The notes under the pieces: generated by a model
The model's database searches: none
Seen by the model: the letters and a program-made list of their open reading frames with translations, nothing else
Told to the model about the DNA's origin: nothing
From: Monocercomonoides exilis PA203
Lineage: Eukaryota; Protista; Preaxostyla
Length of the DNA: 64,000 bases
Assembly: GCA_001643675.2 (NCBI GenBank)
Contig: LSRY02000002.1
Span: 1,488,001 to 1,552,000, forward strand
Direction of reading: 5' to 3'
In this document: positions 1 to 12,872 of the stretch, in pieces
Layout of the letters: every line of letters begins with the position of its first letter
Position numbering within the stretch: position 1 is the stretch's first letter
Made by a program: the position numbers and the translations under genes

Positions 1-3000
1 ATAGGATGCTGAATTTGTATTTGTTTGTCTTCCTTTTCTTTCTCTTTGCTACTCTTTATTTTTTTAGCTTTTGCATTTGTATTTATTTCTTCAGTTTCTT
101 TTTCGATAAAATTCTTTAACAAAGTGCCAAATAGTATCAAATTATACACAGTTTTCTCATTTAAATTGACAGCCAAAGGCGATGGAAGATGGATATTTGC
201 GTAGTTTACGCTCAGAGGTTCTGCAGAATCGCCAATCATTGAATGAGTTTCAATATGGAAAGAAGTGAGCGTTTCGTAAGAAGCCGTGGATGGCATTGCC
301 CGGGAGACAGCTTCCACAAAACTTACTGAACTTCCAGACAAAGATCCTTGGCTTTTTAAAAATCGAGCATTTGGCTCTTGCATCGTTGAAGTTTGAGATT
401 TGTTTTTATCAAAAGTTAAAGATGAGTTCAACGAAGAAGGAGCCTTTGTTTTCGCCTGACTTTCTTTTGTCAAAGCAGCTTGATTCTGAGAAGCATATGC
501 ATTGTGCACAGCAAATCGAGGAGGCGAATGAAGCATTCCGTCCTTAAATAAATTGCTATCTTGACCTGGAAATGGATGCACAGACGAGCGAGGAAGGCAG
601 AAATCACTCATACATCTGGGTATATACAAGGGATGTGGATACAATGTATGGTGTTCAGGTTCTTCTTGAGGATGCTGTTCCGATTGATCAAGAGACTTAG
701 CTGGATAAGTGCTGATTGGAGTTGGTTGAACAATCAGTTTGTGGATTTCATCCTTTCTTTTTCCAACAATCTTTGTCATTTCTTCATTTTCTATCACAGA
801 AAGAGGAATTGAGGTCACTATCAACGAATATGGATCATTTGAACGCAAGCCATCATTTTCGGTTAAACTTCTTGAAATTTTGTTAAAATCGCGAACCACA
901 AACCCACCAAGAACTAAATCCACAACAGATTTTGGATAAGAATTCATTAGATTTGCTTCATCATCATGCGAAAGACGTAATAAAGAATCTGTAGACGATC
1001 GAATATTTTGCTTCATCTCAGCAAAAGATCCGTTCAGATTGCAAAGGCAATTCGGTTGCCTAAACGCATCTACATGAATTGATGCATCATTCAATATCAA
1101 TTCAACATAATCATTTGAATAAACTGGCGAAGGATTTGAAGAAATTGAGGATCCTTCTGAATTCATAGTCGCTGCATAAGAAGGTAACAAAACATCAGCC
1201 ACAACCTTTCCAATTTCAATGTGAAGAGAAAGAAGGATAGGCGGACGTGGGGCTCCAGAAGGAAGAAGGGTGCCTGTTGGAGGAGGTGGAGGATGAGCAT
1301 TATTAGTGTATGTTTGCTGATAATGGAGATTGGTTAGTTCATGTGATCTGGTAGGAGTAAGTGGTGAAGATAACACTGATGATGATGATAAAGCAGAAGA
1401 ACTCGAAGATAAAGGCTGTGAAACAACTTCTTTTGAAAGAGGCTTTAAAGACGATGGGTGAAATTCACTCTTTTCAGCTGTCTCAACAATGCTTCCGATT
1501 GTTTGAGGCTCTGAAAGATTAGGACATTCACCATCTAAAGCAATTGTGTTATCTGTGGACTGTAAAGAGATTTCTGTTGAATTTGAGCCTTCCGGAAATG
1601 CAAATTCAGATATATGAGTAAAAGAACTATCCAACTCTTGATCAGAAAGAGGTGACAAAACAGTTGGAGACGAATCTGAAATATCTTCATTTTGAGAATA
1701 TGATGACAGAGAAGTGCTGCTAACATTGGCTTCGTCACTTGCAATGCCCGTAAGTTGATTGCTCATTGCATCCATAAGGCTGGACCTAGTTTCATTTGTT
1801 ATATTCGCGCCAGAGAGCTTAGAATCCGCTTTTCTGTATATGGTTGTTAGACAAGGAACATTTCTTCCTGACAGGTGCAACGGAACTTCCTCTCTATTAT
1901 TTCGGCTATTTGATTGCGCACCCTCTTGCTTGGCTACAGAATCCTCCTTGTTGTGTTGCTTGAACAATTGTTTAAAGTGACACTTCCCAACGAACTCCTT
2001 TCTTGGAGTTGATCTGATATTCATCTGTTGAGTTTCTTGATCAATTTGTGTGATTAGTTTTTCCCACTGCTCTTCTCCTGCAAATAACTCGATTGAATAA
2101 GGCATTTCTTCTTCTTTGTGGAGCAGATCATTTCGCACTTTCTCAGAAAGCTTCTCCCCATTCTTCATCACCGACAGCATTGCATTCAGCTCCGTGGAAG
2201 CAACGCTTTTTGGATACTCTTTTCTTTCCTTGTGAGATGACGCATTGTATGACGATGATATCGTTGAGAATGGAAACTTGTGAGGCGGATGACTGGCTGC
2301 GCGGAGAAGAAGATGGGACACATCCAAAGAAGAACGAGATGAAGGATAAAGATCTGAAATAAGAGATGAAGAAGAATTGCTTTCAGTCACATTTGGCGAA
2401 TCTTCATCGCACAAATCTGTAAAGGATGCTTCAGTGTTCTTTTCAAGTGTTAGCTTTGTGCGATTATTTCTTGAATCTCTCCTTGTTTGCGTTGAAATAA
2501 TATCACTTAATGATAAATTCAAAATTTCTTTTATAGGCTTTCCCTTTTGAGCTCGAAGCAAAGGATGAGAAAGTGGATACCCTCTTCCAAAGAAGTTAAG
2601 TGTCTTGTTATTTACCATTCTGACAATCTGCTGAATAAACAGAATTAATGAGCCAACTTGTTCTGCATCAATTTTCGATGTGACAGAAGGAATGTTAAGT
2701 TCGAGGAATAATGGACGACTAACAAGCTTTTGTATCTTATTCGCACATGAGACAAGCTCTGGAGAAAGGAAAGGATCGATGGACACGAAAGGAGCAAGAT
2801 CACCAGCAGAATCTAACGACTCAGACACAGCTTCTTCCATTAATGACATATTTGATGCATCAGAACCCTCAGCATTCTGACATTTTTCTTCTTCTCTCAG
2901 CACCTTCCGCTTCTGTTTTATTTCTTTGTTCCTTATTGTATCCAACAAAAGCCGCGTCATTAAATAGACCAAATACTCTTTTTCTTCATTTCGAAGAGAT

Positions 3001-6000
3001 GCGTTTGAAAGTGAGCCATTGAAGTGTTGCGCTCTTCCAACTGGAGTGAAGCCTCCGTTAATTAAGTTAGAACGCAGACGAGAAGATGCCTGCAGCAGAG
3101 AAGGAAGTTCAGATATTGTCGTATGACTTACAGAATAGCGAGGAGTATCACTTTGCGAAGGAGAACAGACATCGCTTAACTGAGACACGTTTTCAGGTGT
3201 ACTGCTATCATTTTTGTCTGCATTTTCAACTATCAAAGAAATTGGAGATTCAACATTCTGTGTGTTGACTGAATTTCCGCTGCTCAACGAAAGTCGGATG
3301 AAATGAGGTAAGTATTTTGTTGAGAAGTCATTGAGGTTGGTATTTTGATGCAGCTGCTCAGAGCGATTTAGTGGAAGAGATGGCTGATAAGATAACACCG
3401 GTGAACGAGGATATGACAAAGAATTGAGGTTTCCCTTTGAATCAGATGAAAGAACAGAATTCAGCATCATAACCTCAGCCAGTTCGACTTTGAAGCGAAG
3501 TGGCTCAAAATCAAACAAATTAACAACTGAGCGAGGCAAAGAAGTAACTTTTTCTTCATCGTTTTTCAAATTTCCCTTATCTCCAAGCTTCTTGCTCTCA
3601 TCTTTTGTTGCTTCCACATCATTTTCTGACATTGAGGAATTAAAAGCATTTCTAAGCTTTGAAGAAATTGAATTTGAGGCCGCATCATCGATGATGTGGT
3701 ATCTTCCATTCCGAGCATCAAACTCCCACTGATTCTGCAGCTTATGCGACATCCAGCAAGCCTCAACAGAACGCAAGAGAACAGAAATGACTGGAGATGC
3801 ATGATCAACAGAAGACGGCACGGAACCAAACAAAATTTGAGAAGGCGTGCGATTTTGCAGAGAGCTTGTTGAAAATGCTGATAAAGATTCGGTCCGATCG
3901 ATTATGTTTCTGTACATTGAACACATTTGAACGTATGAGTTGTAATCGAGAGAATCAGGAGTATGAAGAGCAGGAAGGAAAAAGATGGGATACGAAACAT
4001 TCTTCTTCCTCTTCTGCATCAACGTTTCTTTTGACAGCTTTCTTCTTTTCCTTCCAGAAATTAACATGTCCCATCTATCCAGAAGCTCCTTTTCCTGCTC
4101 TTGTTTCAAGCGCAGCACGAAGTGATTGAGCGGATCTGCAAAAGCAACAACATCATCTCCCAAAATGTGTGCGTGTATAAGCGGCTTTGCTTGTGTTTCG
4201 TCTGCTTCTGCCATCACAGCTGTGATTTTGTGACCCCTTCGCTTCAGTTTCACCGATTTCTTAACAACAAAATCTTCCAAAATTGGAATAAGACTATCAA
4301 CTGTCGAGATAATATCTTCAACAAGAGAAAAAGTCGCAGGCGAAACGAAAACTTCTGATTGTTTGACAAGCCCTGAAATGCTCAAAAGAAGAGGAGGAAC
4401 AGAAAGTGGTGCTTTGTGTGATTTAGGCAAAGAGGAAGAGGAAGAGGAAGAAGAAAGCGTTGACTGACATGAAGACTCTAACAAGCTTATAAAACAAGAA
4501 AGGGTAATTGCCTTCAATGGATACACTGGTGCAGATTCGAACTTCTTTTGAACATTATTGTACCAGCCAAAGGTGGATAAAGATGAGGAAGCAAAAGAAG
4601 GCGATGTAGCATTTCTAATGTTGGAATTTAAGCCGTCAATCAGAACTGGAGAAGGAGAAATGATAGGAACATGATGCTCTTCCACTCCTGCAACCATTGA
4701 GATCCAATCAGCAGTCAGACTTAATAAGATGCATGTTGAATAGCAAGTTTGCTCCTGCTGAGAAGACAAAGTTGACAATGATGAAAAAGAAGAAGAGGTG
4801 GAAGATGAAGCAGAAGCAGAAGCAGAAGCAGAACTAGAAGAAGATTCAGATAAATTGTGCATCAACTGCTTTGAAGGAGCATGGAGTAATAAAACAGCTT
4901 CAACAGAAGGGCCAAATGCTCTTATCGAAGCAAGAGAAGGCAAAAGCACACAATTCAGCGATGATTGCACAAACTCCACTTTGATTCTGATAGAAATCGG
5001 TGGAGAAATCTCTTCTTCTGCTCTTTGCTTTGACAGAACTTCTGATGTTTTATTAGAAGATTGGCCTCCGCTGCAGCTGCTGAGCGCTAGTTCCTGCCGC
5101 TTTGTTTCTCTCCTCTTTAATTTTCGTTCTGTCGCAATCAGATCACTCAGTGAAGTAATTGAGCTTAGTGTATCCTTTACAATCTGCAAAAGTGAAAGCG
5201 AATTGAATATCAATGGAGACATTCCTGTTGCTTCTACCTTTGCTTCTCCTCCTCTTTCTCCTCTTTCTTCTTCTTCTTCAAAGCTATCATCGTCTTCATA
5301 ATCCATTGTGTTCTTTGATTTGTGGTTGTTGTTTGTTTTCTTCTTGTTTTCATTATCAGTTGTTGAATCGTCTAAGGGTGTAATATCCAAAAAGATGTAA
5401 ACATTTGGCAGTTTTACGTGAATAGAAGCAAGCTCATTGCTTTCCTTTTGATCAGCATTGGATAACAGAACGTTATCTGCAATTAAACTTTGGAATTTCT
5501 CTTCTTTTCTCTCGAATTCTTTGTGGTTTTTGTCCTTTTCGGCAAAAGAAATAGCATTTTCTTTGGAGCACTTTTGAATGTGCTGCAAAAGCGAGTGGTG
5601 AGAATTCAGCTTCTGTGTGGCTGCTGAAAAAGCAGAAGGATCAGATTCTTCAGCAGCATCGAGGATAAGCGGGGCAGGACGCTCTGACGCTGATGAAAGT
5701 GAGGAAGAAGAGGAGAAAGAAGAGGAAGAAGCAGAAGCCGATATACTTTTATTAGCGCAATTAACTTTAGAAATTCCGTTTTTCGTGTTCGAATTCTTAC
5801 CATTCATCTTTGGAAGAACAAAAGATACAGTTGTCATTCTATCGATGAGCAGAATTGGGAGCTGCGTTTTGTCAGCGGGCGAGAAATAGCACAGACGAGG
5901 GAGCGAATGATTCATCCAGTCAGACGAAAGAGAAGAAGAATGAAATGTTTGCGAAGTGTTCAGATGATGTGAGTGAGGGGGAGAGAATGAAAGAGAAGAA

Positions 6001-9000
6001 TGAGAGGAAAGAGAAGAAAAAGCAGTTGATGCTGGTAAATGTTGTGTGAAAGACAAAGAACGTGCAAAAAAGGTGAATGAATGGAAAGAGACAGAAAAAC
6101 AGAGCGAAGGAAAACTGTGCACAATTCTATCTGGAGCTAATGTTTGCTTTGAAGGAAGAGAAATGATTGAGCTGGCACTGTCTTCTGATTGGATGATGAA
6201 TGGATTGCGGAATGAACCAAATGAATTGTAAGATTGTTCAGATGTTGATGAGGTGGACGAAGAAGAGGAAGAAGAGGAAGAGGAAAAAGAAGATGATGAA
6301 ATGCGAGCAAAAGAGGAAGGTTGATTGATTGGTAGAAGTTTATTGTCGCTTTTTATAACATGAAGAAGGAATGGAAGATGTGTCAGTTGGACAGGCGTAT
6401 CTGCAGGTTCTTGTCCAATTCGGTGGTTGATAAGAGACAGAACGAAAGGAGAAACAGGAAGAGGAAGTGTGAATGATGGTTGAGACACAACAGAAGAAGA
6501 AGAAGAAGATGATGATGATGAAGAAGCAGAAGCAGAAGCAGAAGATGCTTCAGTTCCCTCTGAAACAAGCTGCTTCTCCCTTTTTATGGTTTCTTGTGGC
6601 AAAGAATAGAACAGAAGTGGCTGAGCTGGTGAATTCTCTGTTGTTTGTGTTATTTGTGGAGAGTGTGGAGAATGTGGTGGATGAAGATAAGCGCCAAAAA
6701 CAGAAAGATTCGAAAAGGAGGCGCAGAGCATGTGGCTGTACTGGTGGGATGAGAGAGGGTCCTGTTTGAATGAAGAGAAAAGAGAAGAAGAAGAAGAAGA
6801 AGAAGAAGAAGAAGAAGAAGAAGAAGAAGAAGAAGAAGAAGATGAAGATGATGATGATGATGAAGTGCTGGCGAGATCTGACGGATGTTCAACAAAACGA
6901 ATGCTGCTCTGTGAACTTGTGCGAAGAGGGGCAAAGGAAATGGATGTGGATGAAGTGGAAGAGAAAGAAGAAGAAGAAGGAGAAGGAGAAAATGAAGAAG
7001 GAGGAGAAGAAGAGGTAGAAGGGAATAAAAATGCCAATCCAACCCAGTCAAGGTTCAACTGAATGCCAACCAAAAACATTCGAGATGGTTTTTTTGAAGT
7101 AGATTGAAGATACTGCTCTTCTGTTTGTGCAATTGCAGTTGCAGTTTTAGTTGTAGTTATATTTGAGTTTTCATTCAAAGAACACTCAGACAATTCAACA
7201 GAAGATGAATGACTTGAAGAAATGCCTTTCTCATTTTGTGTTTGAGAAGAAGAAGAAGGAGAAGAAGAAGACAAAGAAGTGAATGCGTCAATGAGAGTGA
7301 TCAACGGATGGATCAGATTGATTGGCAGAGTTACTCGAAATGGCTGGGCAAACAACTGGACGGAAAGATGAGGCAAGATTGATGGATTCGCGATTTTCAC
7401 TTTGTTTCCAATGGATTTTGTGGACAAAGAAGAAGAAATAGAAGAAGAAGAAGAAGAAGAAGAAGAAGCACGTGACGTTGTATTGCTACCTTGAATCTTC
7501 ATTGCCTCTTCCATCTGTGATGTCATTCTTTTTCCCGTCTGATTGGTTATGCTCATGGCAAGTGGCGATGTTGGATAGGATGAATAGAAAGCAGCATCCA
7601 AATACAGAACAGCCGAGGACTGTGTCAGTGAAGGATTGGCAGACTCGATTCGCCTCATCTTCTTTGCATAGTTGTCAGGGAGAGAGAAAATGTGAAGGAA
7701 AGAAGAAGAAGATGATGAGGAGGAGGAAGAGGAAGAGGAAGAGGGAGAGGAAGGATAAGACGCACTTGGATAGGAATCTTCAAGTGAAGATGAAAGAGGA
7801 GAAAAGGTAGAAGAAGCCGAAGCCGAAGCCGAAGCCGAAGCAGAAGCAGAAGAATTCATAGGAAGAGGAGGAGAAGCCGATGATTGTGGAACAGGAGAAG
7901 AGGCAAGTGCTGGGTGGTTACTTGAAGAAGAAGTAGAAGAAGAAGGATAAGACGAGCGCAGAATCGACTGAACAGGGAAAGGGGTGTTCAAAGTGAATGG
8001 CCTGTAGAGAGAAGAAGAAAGTGGCTGCGTGGCAATGTCAGCAGCAAGTGATTCAATAGACAAATGGAAGAGAGAGGGGGAAAGATACTTTGACACAAAA
8101 AGCTCTTTTGAAAAGTGTTTTTTCTTCTCTTCGGGAGAGAAAGACGAAGGCGCTTGGGTTGACTTCATCCTCTTTGGGAAGGCGCTGCAGAACACGAGGC
8201 GAGAAAAGGAGAAGCGCAGATGCTCCGTTCGCTCGAGTTCGGAAGAGAAAAAGAGAGAAGGAGAAGAAGGGGGAGAAGAATATATTGATTCAGAAGAATT
8301 TGAAGCAATTTGCTCACTAGAAGATGCACGAGGCAATGGAGAAGGAGATGAAGAAGGAGAAGGAGAAGGGGTAACATAATGAGTATTGCTTGAAGATAAC
8401 AGAAAAGGAGTTTCAATTGTGATGCCATCAAACACCATGTGGATGACAGAGTCGTAAATGTACTCATTTGGAAGAGGGTTCTTCACAGCGTCATTTGAAA
8501 TGGTATTCTCCTTTTTGACAGCTTCTGATGTTTCTGCTGATGTTTTTGCTGCTTTACTTTCGCTTTTGCTGCTGCTGCTGCTATCGCTACAAGTGCTGTC
8601 TTCGCTGCTTGCTTTATCTGTTTTGTCTTCTTTTGTTTTATCTTTCTCTTTCTCTTTCTCTTCTTTTTTTGAATCTTCTTTTTCTTCCTCTTCTCCTTTC
8701 TTTGTAACTTCCTTTTCGCTTTTAACGTTGTCTTCGTCTATTTTGTCAAACACTTCTGAAGAATCGCTTTCGGGTGTGTCGTGTATTGAGTCAAAAACCT
8801 CGTCTAATTCTGGAAGAGATGAGAGATAAGAGGACAGATGGGAAGGAAGAAGAAAAGAGGAAGAGGAAGAGGAAGAAGAAGCAGCAGAAGAAGAAGACAA
8901 CGAAGAATTATCACTCGCTCCGGAATTCTTGTTTTGAGCCAACGCATCCTCAATCAAATTCCCCGAAGCAGTTAAAATACCTTCACTGCTGTTTCCCTTC

Positions 9001-12000
9001 AGCCAATGCGGTGTCCGCATTCGGATGATGTCTTCGCGATGCAGTCTTCTCAAAGAGCGCATTGAAACAGGGCGAGAAATGGCGTCTGACGGAACAAGAC
9101 TCACTTTGCTCAGGTTGCGCAGAGAGAACAAGGCAGACTTGTGTTTGGCAGGGCGAGTGGATTTGGATTTGGATTGAGATAAAGATAAAGAATTGGATAA
9201 AGAGGAGGAAGAGGAAAGGGGAGAAGAAACGGGAGAAGAGGAAGAAGAGGAAGATGAGAAAGAAGAAAAGGAAGAAGATGTGCTGCGAGATCTGTGCTGC
9301 TTGTGCACGAAACGGAAGTCTGATACATCAAATTGCTGGCTCTCTTCATTTTGCTTCTCTTCTTGTGGATTTCCCTCTGACTGTGCTGGAGAAAGAGAAT
9401 GTTGATTGTTCTCATTGCTTTCTGTGGAATTCAGCAAAGAAGCAGGTTTTGTGTTGCCATCATCACATTCGTTTGAAAATTTTGTGGTTTTTTCAGTTTT
9501 TTCAGTTTTTTCGTTTAGCATTTGGAGAGAATCAACATCAACTGACTCAAAATCGGTGGGTGTGGTTGGCTCAGAAGGAAAATAATCTTCAATCTGAAAC
9601 GTCTGCTCAAGAAAGTGATCATCATCATCATCTTCTTCTTCTCCTTCTCCTTCTTTGATTATTATTGTCTTACTTGTTTCTTTGTGTTCTGCTGCTTCTT
9701 CAGATTTGTTGCTTTCTTCATGTCCAGTGATCTTATCCACTAACACTCCTTCATCATCATCTTCAACATCATCCAATGAACTCGAACCTTCAGCTGCTGA
9801 AATTTCTGAACCAGAAATTCCATTTTGTCTTTGTTTTTTCTCTTCAGTCGAAGCATTCCATTCATTTTCATCTATCTTTTCAACTTTTCCTGTCTTTCCC
9901 ATCTTCTCCTCCTCCCCTTCTTCTTCTTCTTCTTCTTCCCCCTCCTCACCCATCACTGCCTCCATCACCTTCTCATTCATTCTGAACACACTCGAAAAGA
10001 ACGTATCGACATCTGCCTCTTCCACACTCTCAAATTCTGACAGCAGCAGCGCTATCATCTTCTGCTCATCAATTACTTCCCCTTCTTCTTCTTCTTCTTC
10101 TTCGATTTCTTCTTCATCTTTTTCCCCTTCTTCTTTTTCTCCTTCTCTTTTTCTTTCTCTTTCTCCTTCTTCATCTTTTTCCAGCTCCACGTTTGCTTCT
10201 CCTTCTGTTTCTCCTTCTTTCTTTATTTGACCATCTTCATTTTTTATCGATGCTTTTATTTCTTCTTTTCCTTCTTCTACTCTGTTTGCTTGTATTGCAT
10301 CACCAACTCCTTCTTTTTCTCCTTCTTTTTCTTCTCCTTTCCCTTCTTCTCTTTCTCTTTCTCCTTCTCCTCCTTCTTCCTTTTCCCCTTCCTCTTCAAC
10401 TGCTTCCTTTTCTTCTTTCTTGTCTTCCATCTCCTTCACAGCCTGCGCCATCATCGCCTTCTTCTGCTTCTTCTTCTCCTTCACAAGCTTCCAGTACTCC
10501 TTCGATTTCGCCTTCTTCCTCTCCTTCCCGCTTTTCCTTCTCTGGTTCTCTTTCTTCTTCTCTTCTTTGATTTCTTCTCCTTTTTCTCCTCCTTCTCCTT
10601 CTTCTTCCCCTCTTTTAGCTGAGCTGTTGCCTTCTTCCTTTTCTTTCTCTTCTCTTTCTGTTTCACCTTCCCTATCTGTGCATGTTTCACCCACAAACTC
10701 TGAATCGGTTGCTCCTGTCTCCACCTCTGTCTCTTGGTTCGTCCATTCGTTTTCTGGTTCTTTTTCTTTTTCTTTTTCTTTCTTTTCTTTGTCTTCTTCT
10801 TGAATCTCTTCTTTATCCTTCTCCTCCTCTTTTTCTTTCTCGTTTTCCTTATCTTGATCCTCCTCTTTCTCTTTCGACTTCTCTTTCTCTTTCTCTTTCT
10901 CTTGTTCTTTCTTTTCAATCATATCTGTTGTGCCAAGAGGTTTCGGTATTTCTTGTTCGTTTTGCGCTGTTTCTTCACTTTCTTTCTCTTTCTGTTCCTT
11001 TTTTTCTTCAATTTCTTTTCTTTCATCGTCTTTTTTAGTAGCTTCAGCTTCTTTTTTACCACTTCTGCTTTGTTCTTTCTTTTCCTTCGATTTTGTTTCT
11101 TTTTCTTCTTTTGCTTCTTCTTCTTCTTCTTCTTCTGTTCTGATATCATTTCTTACCTTCTCAACTTCCTTGACTGAACTCTTATTCTCACTCACTTTGC
11201 TTTCTTCTTCTTTTGCTGCTACTGCCACATTCCCTTTCTTTCCAATCATTTTTACCTGTTTCCCCTTTTTCATTGAATACAAATCGAAAAGGCGCAGAGC
11301 ATTTCTAACCCCTCCAATTGTGAGTCTGGTGTGCATATGGCCAAAATGGAGATAGACGCGGAAGTCAGACAGAGAGGCGAATGCGAACGAGTTGATTGGA
11401 GGAAGCACAGATGCTTTGCTCTGTGAAGGCTGGTTGGGAGATGATGAGACAGAAGAAGAAGAAGAAGAAGAAGATGAAGAAGAAGATGATGATGATGCAG
11501 AAGAAGAGGAAGAAGAAGCAGAAGCTGAGCTGGAGGCACTTGACGATGCGAAATGAGTAGGCTCGTCAGAGTCGACTCCTCCAGCTTCTAAATATTCCCC
11601 TGTTAAGGAAGGATTATCAGAAGACGATGCTGAGGCAGACGATGTGCGGTTGGTAGATGATGTTGAGTGGAAAAGAGCTGAAATAAGCAAAGTTAGAGTT
11701 GTCAGAGACAGCTGTAGTGAAGGTTGTTCATCTGATCGTAAAAAATAATTTTTGTACAATGTTCAGTTTTTGATGTGAAACATTAAAAAAATTCACATAA
11801 AAATACTCAATCAGAGGAAAAGGTCACACCTTGAGATGATCCAACAATACTAACAGTTAAATCTCTGATCTGTACTGATGAATCAACAGCAGTTTTCCAT
11901 TCTTTCGTAACTGCGTCTATCATTTCCCTATTTGTCCATGCAGAGGACCACTGCGTTCTTTTTTTCTCATCTCCCATTTCTGGAATTGCCTCCATCCTAA

Positions 12001-12755
12001 TACCTGCATCAGGAGCACTGAGAAAAAAGCAACCAACATTTATCAGAACATCGCCAACACGAGGTAGAGGATAGCCCTTGATTGATAATGGCATCTTTTG
12101 AGGTTGCGCATTGGGCAAAGAATTCCTGATTACAATAGATACAGCTGTCAGTGTTATTTTCCCGCTGCGGAGCAAGAAGAAAATAAGAAATCGAATAAAT
12201 CCATTAAGAGATTGCAAAATATCAGTCTGCACTGATTCTGTAGAAGCTTCATTACTTGAAGACTTAACATTCTCTTCATTTGACATTTCATCTATAAGTT
12301 AGTTATTAAAATAAAAGTGAGCAAGCCTCAAAGAAAAAGCATAAAAAATCAAACTATTTTGCGATAAAACAAGATATGCCAAAGGAACAGTAAGCGAGGC
12401 AGGGAAAGAAAATTGTGGATTTTGAAAGCAACCATATTCCAACTTGAAAGGAAGTCCTTTTAGTTTTTGATTCAAAAACTAATATATTTTTTCAAAATTT
12501 TGATGGATCATAAATGTTTAAGAATTCCTAAAATTATCACACTGTGGTATTTAAGGTGAATGTTTCTGTTGATCCTGTAGATAATAATTGAGAGATATTG
12601 CCTTGGAAATAATCTCCCCAATTAATCCCAGTTCTGTGAAGTAATACATGCTTTGCACCAGATTTAATTCCCCCTCCAACAAATTGCACTGTTTTTCCTA
12701 TAGCCTTTGCAGTGCCTTTGGTTAAAGAAGCCACACTTTTCCATAGAAATGACAT
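1..12755 (-). CDS. ATG2: Giant ATG2/VPS13-superfamily (chorein-N) lipid-transfer protein, 3'-partial; exons 12755-12543, 12478-12355, 12291-11830, 11731-<1 (~4170 codons in window)
   Basis: GT-AG introns join the exons in phase. The spliced N-terminus TFTLNTT/FLNQKLKGLPFKLEYGCFQNPQFSFPASLTVP resembles the chorein-N motif (LN..L..LPF.v..G....i.iP..L). The last exon appears open to position 1: the ORF track has no terminated ORF in that frame, all plus-strand shadow ORFs share one register, and I spot-checked both ends. Near the left edge, VDLVLGGFVVRD and IHLPSPLAVNLNEKTVYNLILF resemble ATG2 C-terminal motifs. The family call is from motif memory only. Confidence 0.6.
6783..6863 (+). repeat. 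(GAA)n/(GAT)n microsatellite encoding poly-Ser in the minus-strand gene
   Basis: About 19 perfect GAA units followed by GAT units. One of many such coding tracts. Confidence 0.9.
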
Positions 12756-12872
12756 CAACAACCAATTCAGATCATTATGTTGCCCATATTAAAATTTTCA
12801 ATCGTGAATCTAAATTTGCTATGGTTATGATCATTCAAAAAATCTTCGTTTGATAAAATAACGAAGATTAAC
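12756..12872. promoter_or_regulatory. Very short (117 bp) divergent intergenic region containing a 10-bp perfect inverted repeat
   Basis: Start codons are at 12755 (-) and 12873 (+). AATCTTCGTT (12841-12850) pairs with AACGAAGATT (12860-12869). Confidence 0.5.

Noticed and set aside
290-11539. Dozens of short plus-strand and off-frame ORFs (poly-E, poly-S/F, poly-L)
   Set aside because: They are shadows of the minus-strand giant gene, produced by GAA/TCT repeats that lack stops.
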